A stretch of DNA of 59,938 nt from Catajapyx aquilonaris (Eukaryota). A model generated the notes under the pieces. The model was given only the letters and a program-made list of their open reading frames with translations. It was not told the origin of the DNA and did not search any database. The stretch spans positions 62,001-121,938 of the forward strand of contig KZ538116.1 of the NCBI GenBank assembly GCA_000934665.2, given 5' to 3'. Position numbers and translations under genes: made by a program. Shown here piece after piece: positions 11,237-23,200 of this stretch; position 1 is the stretch's first letter, and every line of letters starts with the position of its first letter.

Positions 11237-14200
11237 TTAAGGCTCCAATTTCACTCGTTTCCAACATCCGTCTGGCAGTTCATTTCGGATGTCCTCAATG
11301 TTGTCAACTTCTATCCGCAGCTTTTCAAGCTCCTCCTCGTAGTTCTTCAATGACTGTTTCTGCAAGTATAGGCGTCATTTAAAAATTATTTGTAACAGTC
11401 CTCTGCTCACTGACACTGACAATATGCATGGATCAAAGATAGTGAAAAATATTTTCATATAATTCAAGAATTTTATTCATCTCCACCTGCAAAACGCGTG
11501 TGGCTCCAAGTTCAGCAAGTCTCTTCTCCAGTTCGCTGGCCTGGAAGTCTGCTTCTGCAGCAGCCAGCCGTTGCTCCAGTGCATTCAGTTCATCAGATGC
11601 TGCAAATATAATTTCAGTTTTAGGCAAGAAAAATATATGGAAATACTTTTCCCACCCAGAGTTTTATGGGTCTTTTAACTCACAGACTTCCTTTGTGTTG
11701 TTAAGCTGTTCCAGGATTTCGTTGACAGCTGCTAAAGCCTCTTGCACTTTCTTGGATGCGTCCGTAGCTTTTACTTTGGCCTCGTTGGCTTTAGTAAGGG
11801 ATTCATGCACTGTGGCCTCATCCCGCTCAGCCTTACCCTCTTCTTCTGCCAGATTCTGCGTTATCTCCGCCATTGCATTCATGAGAACCGTCGCGTCATC
11901 TCTCAGTTCACCAGCCTTAACCTTGGTCTCTGTAGCCTCCTCTTTAATGGTTGCAGCTGCTGAGGCTGCCTCTTCAGCCATCCCTTCTGCCTCTTTAGCA
12001 GCATCCCTCGCTTCAGTGGCAACTATCTCTGCTTCTTCTAATCCCCTGACTGCATTTCTGGTCCTCTCCTCTGCTTCTTCAATCAGGTCTTCTATGTCAT
12101 GCACTCCTTTCAAGGCCTCCTCGGCCCTTCCTCTACTCTCGTTTACCTGCTGACCAAAGCCTTGGAGGGTTGCGTATGTTTTCTGCGCCTCTTCCAGAGT
12201 TTGGTTGCCTAATTCAACTGCAGCTTCAGCTTTCTGGAGTGCACTGTGGGCATCTGCCAGCAGTTCATCAGCAACCTGTAAGGTGAAATGATCACTCATG
12301 CTGAGTAACAACTCTTGGTAACAATCATCAAACTCATGCGACCCACAATAAAATTGCCATTTATGAAACATAATTACAGTATTACATCCTTACCTGCTGC
12401 TGAGCAATACCCCTTTGTAACAAAATTTCAGCGTCTCGGGTCTGATCATTAATGGCATCCAGTAAGTCGGCATGGTCAGACAGTAGCTTCTCCGCATCTT
12501 CTCTGAGTTGCTCAGAATCTTCTTCCACCTTCTGGGCCTCCTGCTTGATGCTCAGGGTGTTGAGCGGGGGAATGGTCAGTGCAAATGCTTCCTGATAATT
12601 GGCAATGGAATCATTCAGTGCAGCAGAAGCTTCTCTCTGTGCTGCTGCTGCCAGTTGGAGTGCATCAGTCATGGCGTCCTCTGTCTGCGAGATGTCTTCC
12701 TCCAGGTACCGGATCTCATCTCTAGGGTTTAACACCATGTTATACAGAACAATGTAAAACTTGCGCATTGACATTTTTAAATATTATATTAGAATGCGGT
12801 TGAAACCTTCAAAAATGACATGATGGCACATCTTATTCACCCCACACGTAGTCCGCAGTTATCAATTTTCATAATATTGAGGCTACACTTACGTGACATT
12901 CCGTTGCTGTGTAATTGCATCCTGCGCCAAGTGATACGCTTTGGTGGAAGTGTTGAGTGCTTCCTGGGCAACCATTTCCATATCTTCAGCCTCCTTCTCC
13001 AACCTGAGACAAAATGATTAAGTTTTTGCAGATTGTTGATGACTTCAATAATTCCAATCAGACCCTTTTTATCTGACACAGTACTTCAATTATTGTGTGC
13101 CATTATTATTACTGTAATTTGTCTAATTTGTCAGCAATCATATCAGTACCTTTCTGCTATCTTTCTGGATTCCCTGGCAATGTTGGACATTTGCTCACTC
13201 TGCTGGCCAAACTTCTCTGAACGTTCCATGGCTTTCTGGAGAGCATCCCCACCATCTGTCTCCAGATAGCGAGCTGAGTTCCGTATACTTTCTCTGGCCC
13301 TCTCAATTCCTTCCTCTGCAGCAGACACATCCACTTCTCCCTGGACCAGGTCTTCCTCACACTGTGTTAAGTTGCCCCGTAGGTCAACTGCAGCCCTCTC
13401 CACTTCCTGCAGTCTCTTCCGCATATCCTCCAGACGATCCACCAAGCTGCGATCCTCAGTACCTGCAGGGAAGGTCGTATTAATGTCAAATTCAGAGATA
13501 ACATAATTTGACAAATGCTAGTGTGTGAGAAGTGTTTCTGGTGTATTTTTACTGAGCATACCTCCTGTAGCTGACTTGGCTTGCTTCCAAAGTGCATCGA
13601 CTCTTTCCTGCACTTCCTCCAGCTTGTTCCCAAAGTCAAGATCATCAATGACTGTGGGAGCATTGGCAATGTCATCCAGCAGCTGCTTTAGCTCAGACAA
13701 TTTAGCCCTATGGATGGACACAGCATCCTGCACGAGGTTGTAGCATGGAGGGCAGTCGACACATCCTGCATGGCGGTTGTACTTGTTCTCTTTGCACCTG
13801 TCACAGTGCAACCCTTCAACATTCTCCCTGCACTAGAAAAAAAATTAAAATGTGTTCGTGAAGATTAACTGCACGTATGTGGTTATAATTTATCAGTCAA
13901 CGCCACACTTACAGGGCACTGTCCAAAGGCATCGCACTGCAGTGACAATGATCCAATTGGATCACACTCACAGGGCTTGCATCCTTCTACAGAAAATCCA
14001 AAATGGTTAACAGCACATTCGTCGCACTGCTTTCCAACCACTCCTTCCCTGCAGGAGCACTGGCCCGTGACCACATCACAGGTGCGATTGCTGGCTCCCA
14101 TTGCGTTACAATTGCAGGGACTGCATCCATCTCCACTGATAATGTCATAAAATCCGTTCTCACATCGGTCACAGTTCAGACCTGTCACGTATGGCTTGCA

Positions 14201-17200
14201 TTCACACTGCCCTGTTATTTGGCTGCAGGACGGTACACCATTCTCAAAGACAACTGTTCCTGCATAGTAGCACTGGCAGTGCTTACAGTCACCCTTCTGG
14301 ATGGCTAGAGCATTGCCATAAAAACCTGCGGGAATGAAAAGGTTTTCTCAATTGTTTAAAAAAATAATAGCAAGTTTTGTCAAGACTTGAAAATAGTGCC
14401 GTTAATTAATGAGGCCATTATTGCAATATCCTGGATTATGCCAAAGTAATCTACCGGTATTCTTTTTTAATGGAACTTGACTCTTCTTATGTTCAATGTA
14501 AAATTTCATTCATTTCACTACTAAGGCACTTACGACTTACCTGCCAAACATTGATCACACTGGGGTCCTCCAGTATTGTAAATGCATTTAATGCACTCCC
14601 CGGTGGTGCGGTTACAATTCCCAACCGCATTCGGATCAACATTGTCATTGCAGTCACATGGTAAGCATCCCTCTGGTGCCTCGTAGAATCCATCAGCACA
14701 CAATTCACATCTCGGACCTATGTTCATGAGTGTTGTTTTGTAGTAACATATCAAGGCAAGTCAAAATTATTGCGACCAGTAATTATTTTACCTGATCTTC
14801 CAATGGGGCACTCCAGACATATGATGGTGTCGTCGGCCAGCTCGAGGCATGCACCATCACCAGGGCAGCCACACGGCTTGCAGTCATGAGGTGTGCCCTG
14901 CAATGCGTTGCCGTAGTAACCTCTGGCGCATCGCTCGCAATTGACTCCATCTGTGTTGTGTTGGCAACGGCACTTCCCATCTTCTTGGTCACACTGATTG
15001 GTGTGGTTGTTGCATGAGCATGCAACACAACGAGCAAAAGGTCCACCCTTGGGTGGGTCGTGGGTGAAACCTGACTGGCATGACTCACAGAATTGACCTG
15101 TTCCAATTAATTGCAGCATTTAGTACAACACAAAATTCAAGAAATATTGCAATGAAAGCACAATGTGGTATAACTAACCTATGTATCCTGCTGGACATGT
15201 GCATGTCTCAATGTTGTTTGCAGGAGGTCCTGGTGAATTTCTACTGGCTCCTTCAAGCTTGACGTCATCCAAAAATCCGACTCCTCTTAGTGTGTAGGTC
15301 CCTCTTATCTTCAGTGCAGTCAAATTTGATAGAACTGTTATGAAGTCACGAGCTGAAAGACGTGGACTCCAGCCGAAATCTGCATTTTCATGCAGCCGAA
15401 AGCGGTATTCCTGGTTCTGGATTGTAGGCAATGGGTTTCCTTGGCCGAATATAGGTTGCGACACAACCAGTCCAGCCCCTTCCAAAATTACGTCCTCGAC
15501 TGTGGCCCTCGGTCCATTCTCTCCAATGCGGAGGGTAAAGACAAGGTCTTGGTTGTAACTCCCCCGCTTGTCTCCCAGGAAGCGTTCTGGGAATATAACA
15601 AGGCAGAATATAAGTTTGAAGTCCAAGGCAATGAAAAAGGTCATTTCCATTTGGTGGTGACCATTTCATTATTTTATTTGTCACTTACCTGGAGCAACAA
15701 AGTACACTGCATCTCTTCCAGGAGCAGTAACACCTATGTTTTGTGTTAGTTGGTTGTACTGCATAGATATGGAGCGACCAGTGTACTCTTCGGCTCCCCA
15801 CTTTTCCATTCCTCGAGCAAATATGCTCTCAATGGCGACTGCAATTAGAGACAGTTAGTATGGAGCACAAACTTTTTACTCAATTATTGCTTGCTCACAT
15901 TTGGCATATCCAGGAGCAGCCCTACATACAGATGAGTGCCCAAAACAGAAGCATGGTGTGCATCCGAACTCATTGTCAAGGTCCAACTGGAAGTAGCCAG
16001 GTTTGCATCTGAAAGTATTGGGCCGCAGTACAATTACAAATGCTTACCCAGCAATATTAGTATCATATAGAATTCAGATGCAAGAAAATAGTTAAGACTC
16101 ACTGTTCACATCTCTGGCCCTCGACATTCTCTTTACATTGGCAGAGCCCAGTAACCGGATCACAGTTGAGCTCATTGCCAAGACTTCCAGCCGAGTTGCA
16201 TCCACAGGGATGGCACCCATGGTTCCCAAAGTCATAATAATTCACTTCGCAACGGTCACACTTATCACCAGTGACACCAGGCTTGCACTGGCAGCGTCCC
16301 TCGCTGTTGCACTGCAAACTGCGGGATCCTGTAAGGAATCGGTTTGCATTAGAACTTCTCATGTCTCCTTTTCATAACCAACCTTTCCAATCAAAGATGA
16401 TGTGACACTTACAATTAGTGCAAATAATGCTTTACAAGGTTTTGTGCAAGCGATATCTGCTGGCATTTCCTTGGCGTTATGAGGGTTGCATCTTATCAGG
16501 ATACTAATGTCTTATCTCACCTGTTTCGCTGCAGTCACACCGAATGCAAACGCCGTCGAATCGTTGGTAGAAGTTCTCCTTGCATCTCTCGCAGTTGGGT
16601 CCATCGCGATGTCCAGCACAGTCCAAGCAGTGTCCACCATGCCCTGTCCTGTCGTACAACTCTTGGTCGAAAAAGCACCGGTTGGAAAAGTTGTTGCAGT
16701 TGCAAGCTGCGAATAGCCAGAAAAGGGCGACAATTAATTTATTACAGTCACAGCATGCAGTCACATGCTGTTATTTCTTCAACAGGAGAATGGCAACAGT
16801 ACCATTCTCTATAGGTTGTAGGCTATATCAAAAATACATAGATTCGTCCCACTTACACGACCCTGTGAACCAGGGAGTGATTCCGTCCCACTCTTTCGCC
16901 CCTGTGTTGCAAACAATCACCGCACCGTACACAGCAACAATGGGAACCACAAGCCTCAGCATCCTGCCTCCTCACCATTCCACTCTGTGGTGCAAGACAC
17001 GCGAATTTGTCTGATCCATCATCGTTCTAGGAAGAATTCGATCTGTTTGCTACAGATTTTCCCCGCAGCATCCTTTTTTTAAAGAGGCGGCTTTTGATCT
17101 CCCCCCAGAAAAACATTCCCATCCCCCTGTAATTTGGACGGCATCAGTGAAGGAAAGGAAGCGGAACAGGTTCGCCATGGGATTTACGGTCGAGCAGGTC

Positions 17201-20200
17201 ACGTCGGACAGGTCGTATAAAAGCGTTGCAGGATATGCCAGGTTCTCCACTTAAGAGGCCCCTCTGATAACACTTCCAAAAAACGCCCCAATAAACTCAA
17301 ACGATCCTCAACTTCCCATGAAGCAGTGTGAACACATGGCCACCGAAAATGATAATTACGAGTCAATCTCTGCGAGTAGACGTCTTTCCATCAAAAGAAG
17401 GTAGAAATTTGGAAGGGGTAATCTTGCTGTCAGTTTGTAATTAATAAATCCTTCCCTTGTCGGATAGTAAAATGCTGACAGGCCAAGTTTGCAGTCAGGC
17501 GAAGGGTGGATGTTTCTTACGAGGTGATTTTATTCCACGCCCATGCCGGATAAAAAGGCTTGAATAACCGGGGGACAAGAAATTCCGGGCATGAATATAA
17601 GGAACCGGCTCGAGTGAAGACAGCTTCTGAACTTAAAAGGGGGGCAAGTGCAACGAAAGAACCTGTAAGGTCGCACTGCGGGGGCTACTGGTTTAAATTA
17701 GGCCTACCCTTACGCTGTGTCCAACTGCATTATTATCACATGAAGTTGGATAGAAAAAAAAGCTAATAGATGTGCAGCATTGTCGCCAATTTGTCTACTG
17801 ACAGCACGGAGAAGAGTTTAATTTGTAGGAAAGGTACAGGGTGACCCTAAAGTCTGGACACATAGGTACGAGTAATTGGATTGCATTGTTGGTTGCCAGT
17901 TGTGCCAAGTCCAAGTGACAATATGGGCCAATGCAACCTTTAGACTGTCAACAACCTCCCAATTGGCACAACTGGAAACCAACAATACAATCCAATTACC
18001 TAATATATGTATCCTGATTTTAAGGTCACCCTGTAGAATGATAAGGGTTGATGGATTAGCAACAATTTTGAAAGACAATAGCATCCGTTAAACTCCCATT
18101 AGATATTCAACCATAAATGGTGCAACCACATAAGAGCAAATTATGAAAAGATCTCCGATTAGTGTATGTATTCGCATGATTCATAATCTGACAAAATTCG
18201 ACGTTTTTTTTCTCCTTAATTTGCCTTCACACAGCCGGCTCGCAGTCTAAAATTATTTGCTGGAATTTTCGTCCCACTGCTAGTTACTGCTAACTTAGCA
18301 GTGTCAGTGCCAACACTGGTACTGGTACCTACTGCTAAGTTTTAGTGGGATGAAAATTCCACCCATTGTTATTACTGGAACATGATCCAAGTCAACATTT
18401 CAAGCTTAGGTGAAAATGGATTGACAGCAACCTGTCAGAAGCAACAATGATCACTTGTCTTCTCTTAAAAGTAGTTGCTGGAGTAAACAATCCGTATATA
18501 GCCTATTCTTCTACCTATACAGGGAGCCTATGGCAAGACCTGCTCTGACACCTCCCATGTCACCCGATCCGTCCTGTTCACAAATGCAGATGAATTCTTC
18601 CTAGACAATGTCCCTCTGCCCCTCCCTTTCCCTGCCACCTCCACGTGTTCCACCAACACCCGAGACAATACCGGCAAACACCTCCGCGCACCTGAGAACC
18701 AGAGGGACAACTGCCTAACTCTTGGCCCTTCCACAAGAGGGCGAGACCACCTCATCTCCCTTCTTCGTCTTCTTCTTCTTTCTCATTCCTTCTCCTGTAG
18801 CAATGGCCCTTCCTCCACCTCTTTTCCAGTGGTCCATTACTTCCCCATCTGACTTGAACCATTTTACGATCCGCTTCCTGATAAGTCGCCAAGTGCTCTT
18901 TGGGAAACTCTCTCTGGAAAAGGTTTTCCTCCTGACATGCAGGACTTGATTTGACAACACTGTTCTTACACCGATGGGCCTCTTTTTCTAGGGAGGATCC
19001 ATCAAGCATTCTGATGGAGGTGGTTGAGATGGGTAGGGTTCTCTCCTCGGAGAGGGGGGTTAAGGTAAGAAAAGAATGGAGGCTGGGTCTCGAGAGAATA
19101 AGGGGGGATGAAATGGAAGTTGACGTGCTCTTTGACGCTCATTGTTGTGTCGACCACCAAAAGGACTTGATGTGTACAACCGTACTTTAGCGACCGATAA
19201 GTCACGACCCGAGGACCGTAAAAGCGTGGCTGGAAAATGGGTTGGATAGGGCTAATAATGGTAATAAAAATATGCCGCCCATAACTTCGAATAGGTTATG
19301 ATTATCGCAGCGAGTCCAACCTCCTTACAGGATATTCACACCTTTATTTGTGTGGTATAAGCATGTTTAAAGTAGTGATTACCGAAGTTGCATGTGGTCA
19401 GTGCAGGATTTTCACAGCACTAGGGTGAGAACCGAAAAAGAAAAAAATATCTTCCCCTTCATCCATAATGGAGCATAGTTTTTTCCCCTCCCAAGTTCTG
19501 GGCCCTGTTGTTATCGCACAGCCATTTCTGCCCTGGGGGCCGTCTCGACTTTATGGGTCCCAGAAGCTCTTCGATACACGTCTGCCATGACTTGCGTGAT
19601 TTATTATCATCGTGCTGTACCCAACATGTGCCCCATACGGCCATTATTAATATTGCTGTAATTATCATTATGCCACATATATTTTCCTCTGGGCCACTCT
19701 TGGTGGGCAACAACCTGTACCGGACACAGTTGGTGAAATACTGTTGAATAGCGGGTCAGTGCATTTAAGGCCAGGCTCTTGACCACTCGGACAACGTAGG
19801 TCAACAGGCTTTTGTGAATGGAATTTCCAATCCCTTGAAGGTTTTTAGGACCCCATGGCGGCCATCTATTCTTTCGGCTGCCCCCTGGGGTGCTTTGAAT
19901 TACTGCTTTTCAGCTTTCGTGTTTCCGAAAAGCCTCTTTTGACGAAGGGTGCCCATACTGCAGCAACAAGTGAACACACAGCTGTAAAACGAAGCTTCAT
20001 CTAAAAATTATTTTAAAGAATGGGAGCTTTTCTTATCTGTTCTGAATCACGACGATGAGAATCTAAGGCACGTCGTCCCATCAGCCCAACACTTTTGGAA
20101 TAATGACTCCAATTACAGCGGCCGCCGGCTTTGACAAACATAATCTGTGGCTCCGGAATTGGATTGGCAACGGTAAGCCAGGTTCCTCACTTTGAATTAA

Positions 20201-23200
20201 TGGAAACGTCAGTTCCACTGAAGAAGAATCTTTTCTGCTGCCGTTAACCCAATTATTCGCTCTCCTGTCCCTTCAGATTTCGAAATTACAATAATCCCAC
20301 TTTGTGAACCGTGAGTCGGATTTGTCAGGTCTAATAATCATTCCCGGGTTTTATCATGCTTCTTTGGGTAACGATGTATCCGATTCATCAGCAACCTTTC
20401 TGGGAGGTCCTACATTTCTTACATTATTCTAAGGAAATAGGAAACGTCTTTTGCAGGCTGGGGCGTAGTCCAACTAACCCTACTAATTACCATGAGCTAC
20501 GACCAGACCGGAGCTTCTTCATCTTATATAGACCCCATCGAGCAGAGGAGATGTACTGCTTCTTTTCTGGTCCCAGAAAGCAAATTGCCTCCTACAGAAA
20601 GGTTCCCTGGGGGCCGCCAGTCCATTTAGAAAAGGGGTTCTGGTGGCCGACCCCAGTGAAGGTAATGTAATTTACAACTCGGAGACTATTCTGGGAAGAA
20701 CTTTTTCGGAACTTCACAATAGCCTGAAGTGTACCTTGCCTTTTTTTATGTGCAAAGGTGACCCTAAACGTGACTCGCTTGCCATTCAAAGGAAGGAATG
20801 ACGAGGCGTATATCCTTGACTGTAAATCTGGGCAAAAGAGCACCGTAACTCTAATGTTTATTACGAACATGATCCTGTTGCTTGCATTCTTCGTCGGACC
20901 AAGCACAGTCGAATATTTTGAGTCTTATAATTAAAGTACATGTAGTGTACTAATGAACTATTTTTGAGCTCGTTTTGAACAATATTGAAAATCACCTTCA
21001 AGAATATGAACTGTGCTTTTCCCTGGTGCATCGTGATGCATGCCTTCCTTTTGTTCCTGACGGTACACCCTAAAAGCACTCTTGAACAATGTAAACCCCT
21101 CTGCATATGATTACAAATAACCTGAGCGTATTAGCATATTTTTGAAGCTTGTGTGTGCCAAGGGCCCAAGTCGTCGCCCAAAAAAGACCTCCAAAGAAGT
21201 CGTGACTCGTGATGAAGCTCTTATCGAAAGTGGTGTAGACGGAACAATCAAAAAGTCTTTTCCATCGTCTCCCCCACCTTAGGTAATCCTCCTCTCACGT
21301 CGTAAAAAAGGAGATTGAAAAGGAAAAGAATTTGTAAAAAAAATCCTGGGGAGAAGTGTGGGAGCGGCTCGATTAGTTCCGGTGGAGACTAGAAGGCTCG
21401 AATGGGTCAGGAATGCAAGGAGGTTTATATCACTCGACACGTGTAGTACACTGTATCCTATTCCTCTGTGTCTCTCGATCGCCTTTTTCCCCCAGCTTCC
21501 TTTTTTTACGTTGTCAGATAACGTTGATAAGTTATGCGAAGGTGCAACAGGTTGGAGAAAAAAAAATGGTTGGGGTGGAAAGGAAGCTCCCAAACTTCCC
21601 CCCCTCAAGCCTTTTGACCTTTGAGCTCCAAACCCAGACGACGCCTCTTCTGTCCACGCCCTTCTGCGGGTAACGATTGGCCCACTAAAAAAATCGTTTT
21701 CATCCACACCTAATAACAGCTATAGTCACTACAGCAAACTAACACTCCCATGCAACAGGCATACAATGAACCAAAGTTGTGCAGCATGAATAAGTCATAT
21801 GCGATCCCATTTACAATTTATCCCAGACTAGTTATAGCGGACTCGTTGCCAAATTTTGGCAACAAGAGTCAACACGGACAAACTTGTGGATGGAGAGAAC
21901 AAGCGGATTAGGTATAGGATACTTTAGATGATGATTTTGCACAGTTCAATATGATATTCAATCATTATGCTTCCAAATTGAAATGACATGAGAGGATGTC
22001 CACCTGACTGCTGTCAACGTGCATGTCCGAAACAACATTTTCTGGTCATGATAAGTGACAATGAGTGATGATCCCTTAATCTCCCCTGGCAGCATGATAG
22101 ATTCCAGGGGCCGTGTTCCTTTGGATAGATTAGTCTGAAGAGAGGTTTCCGGTGGGTGTCTAGAAGAGGAGACTTTTCACCTGCCGCCCCCCATAGCCGT
22201 TTTTCTGTTTGCATTCTCCTCCACCACCAGCCACAGCAGAGACCGACCTCCGACTTTTTCCCAGCCAGAAAAGACGGTCAGGGATTGGCTGTTGGACCGA
22301 CTTGGAGGCGCATCCATCCGGAAAGTGTGTGTGTGTGCGTATATGCTCGGGTCAGAACCAGTCGGCCTCCAGTCTTCTGTTTGTGCTCACACAAGGTGTA
22401 TTTGGGAAGTGGAGGTGTTAAACTATCCGGACACGGTAAGTCTGCTGTTTTTACAACCAATATATCACCAGCTGCATGCTTGGAACGGAAACCATATTTC
22501 ACGGGGGATTAATAGTCGCGGTAAATCATTACCTCATTAAAAACTGTTACGTAACTCGCCCAGTGTTTATAAATTTTGGGGATATCACATTAGAGACGCG
22601 TCGTGGTTAGTGCTGACATTATCTACGTACCCAGAAAGATATACGCACCTTTTTGGAAGGTACGGTGTCTCTACGTTTTCCTCCGCCTTTTCTCAGCCTT
22701 GTTTGTCCAAAGACCGCGCGTAGGCGCGTCTAATAAATACGGTTCAAGACCAGCCTTATCTACACCTACACAAAGAGCCTTCCGGCTGAGAGAGCTCTTA
22801 TTTTCACCTGAATTTATGCTAATGTCGGGCAGGGGATGTCGGACTGGAAGTACGCTAACTGCAGGGCGTAAAATTCATGGCAGTAGACAATAGGTGTCGG
22901 CCCTACAGGTGGTAGAGGTGACGTGACGGACCGTCACAATGAGGGATATCGTATTTAAGATCGGTAATTTATGTTGAATTTTTATATTCGGCCTTATCTC
23001 CTCTACAAGTGAATCATCATACATTTGATTTTTTTCGATGGGCGTCATGAGAGCCAACACAAAGTTGCGCGTCCATATTTCTGCCTATACATATTGACAC
23101 AGACACAAGCAGTCTGAACTATCAATTATGGAAAATAGATATCACTATGACTGGGAAAGATGTATTTTTTACCGTGGTCCATTTAATTACGGGCAAGGCT

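Noticed and set aside
11500..12153. 217-aa plus-strand ORF
   Set aside because: Antisense shadow of a laminin coiled-coil exon; the Ser/Ala/Leu bias is explained by the reverse-strand codons.
16857..17026. The intronic exon as a coding cassette within full-length laminin
   Set aside because: Splicing from the phase-1 donor at 24247 into 17026 reads CAA CGA TGA, an immediate stop. It works only as a first coding exon (or as a poison exon).
18510..19210. GC-richer block with several short ORFs; FHFIPPYS faintly recalls a Tc1/IS630 LPPYSP motif
   Set aside because: One weak motif, no continuous ORF and no TIRs. Probably a decayed repeat that I cannot assign.
20330..20910. Overlapping ~100-aa ORFs in the laminin intron
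   Set aside because: No recognisable domain or splice-consistent structure.
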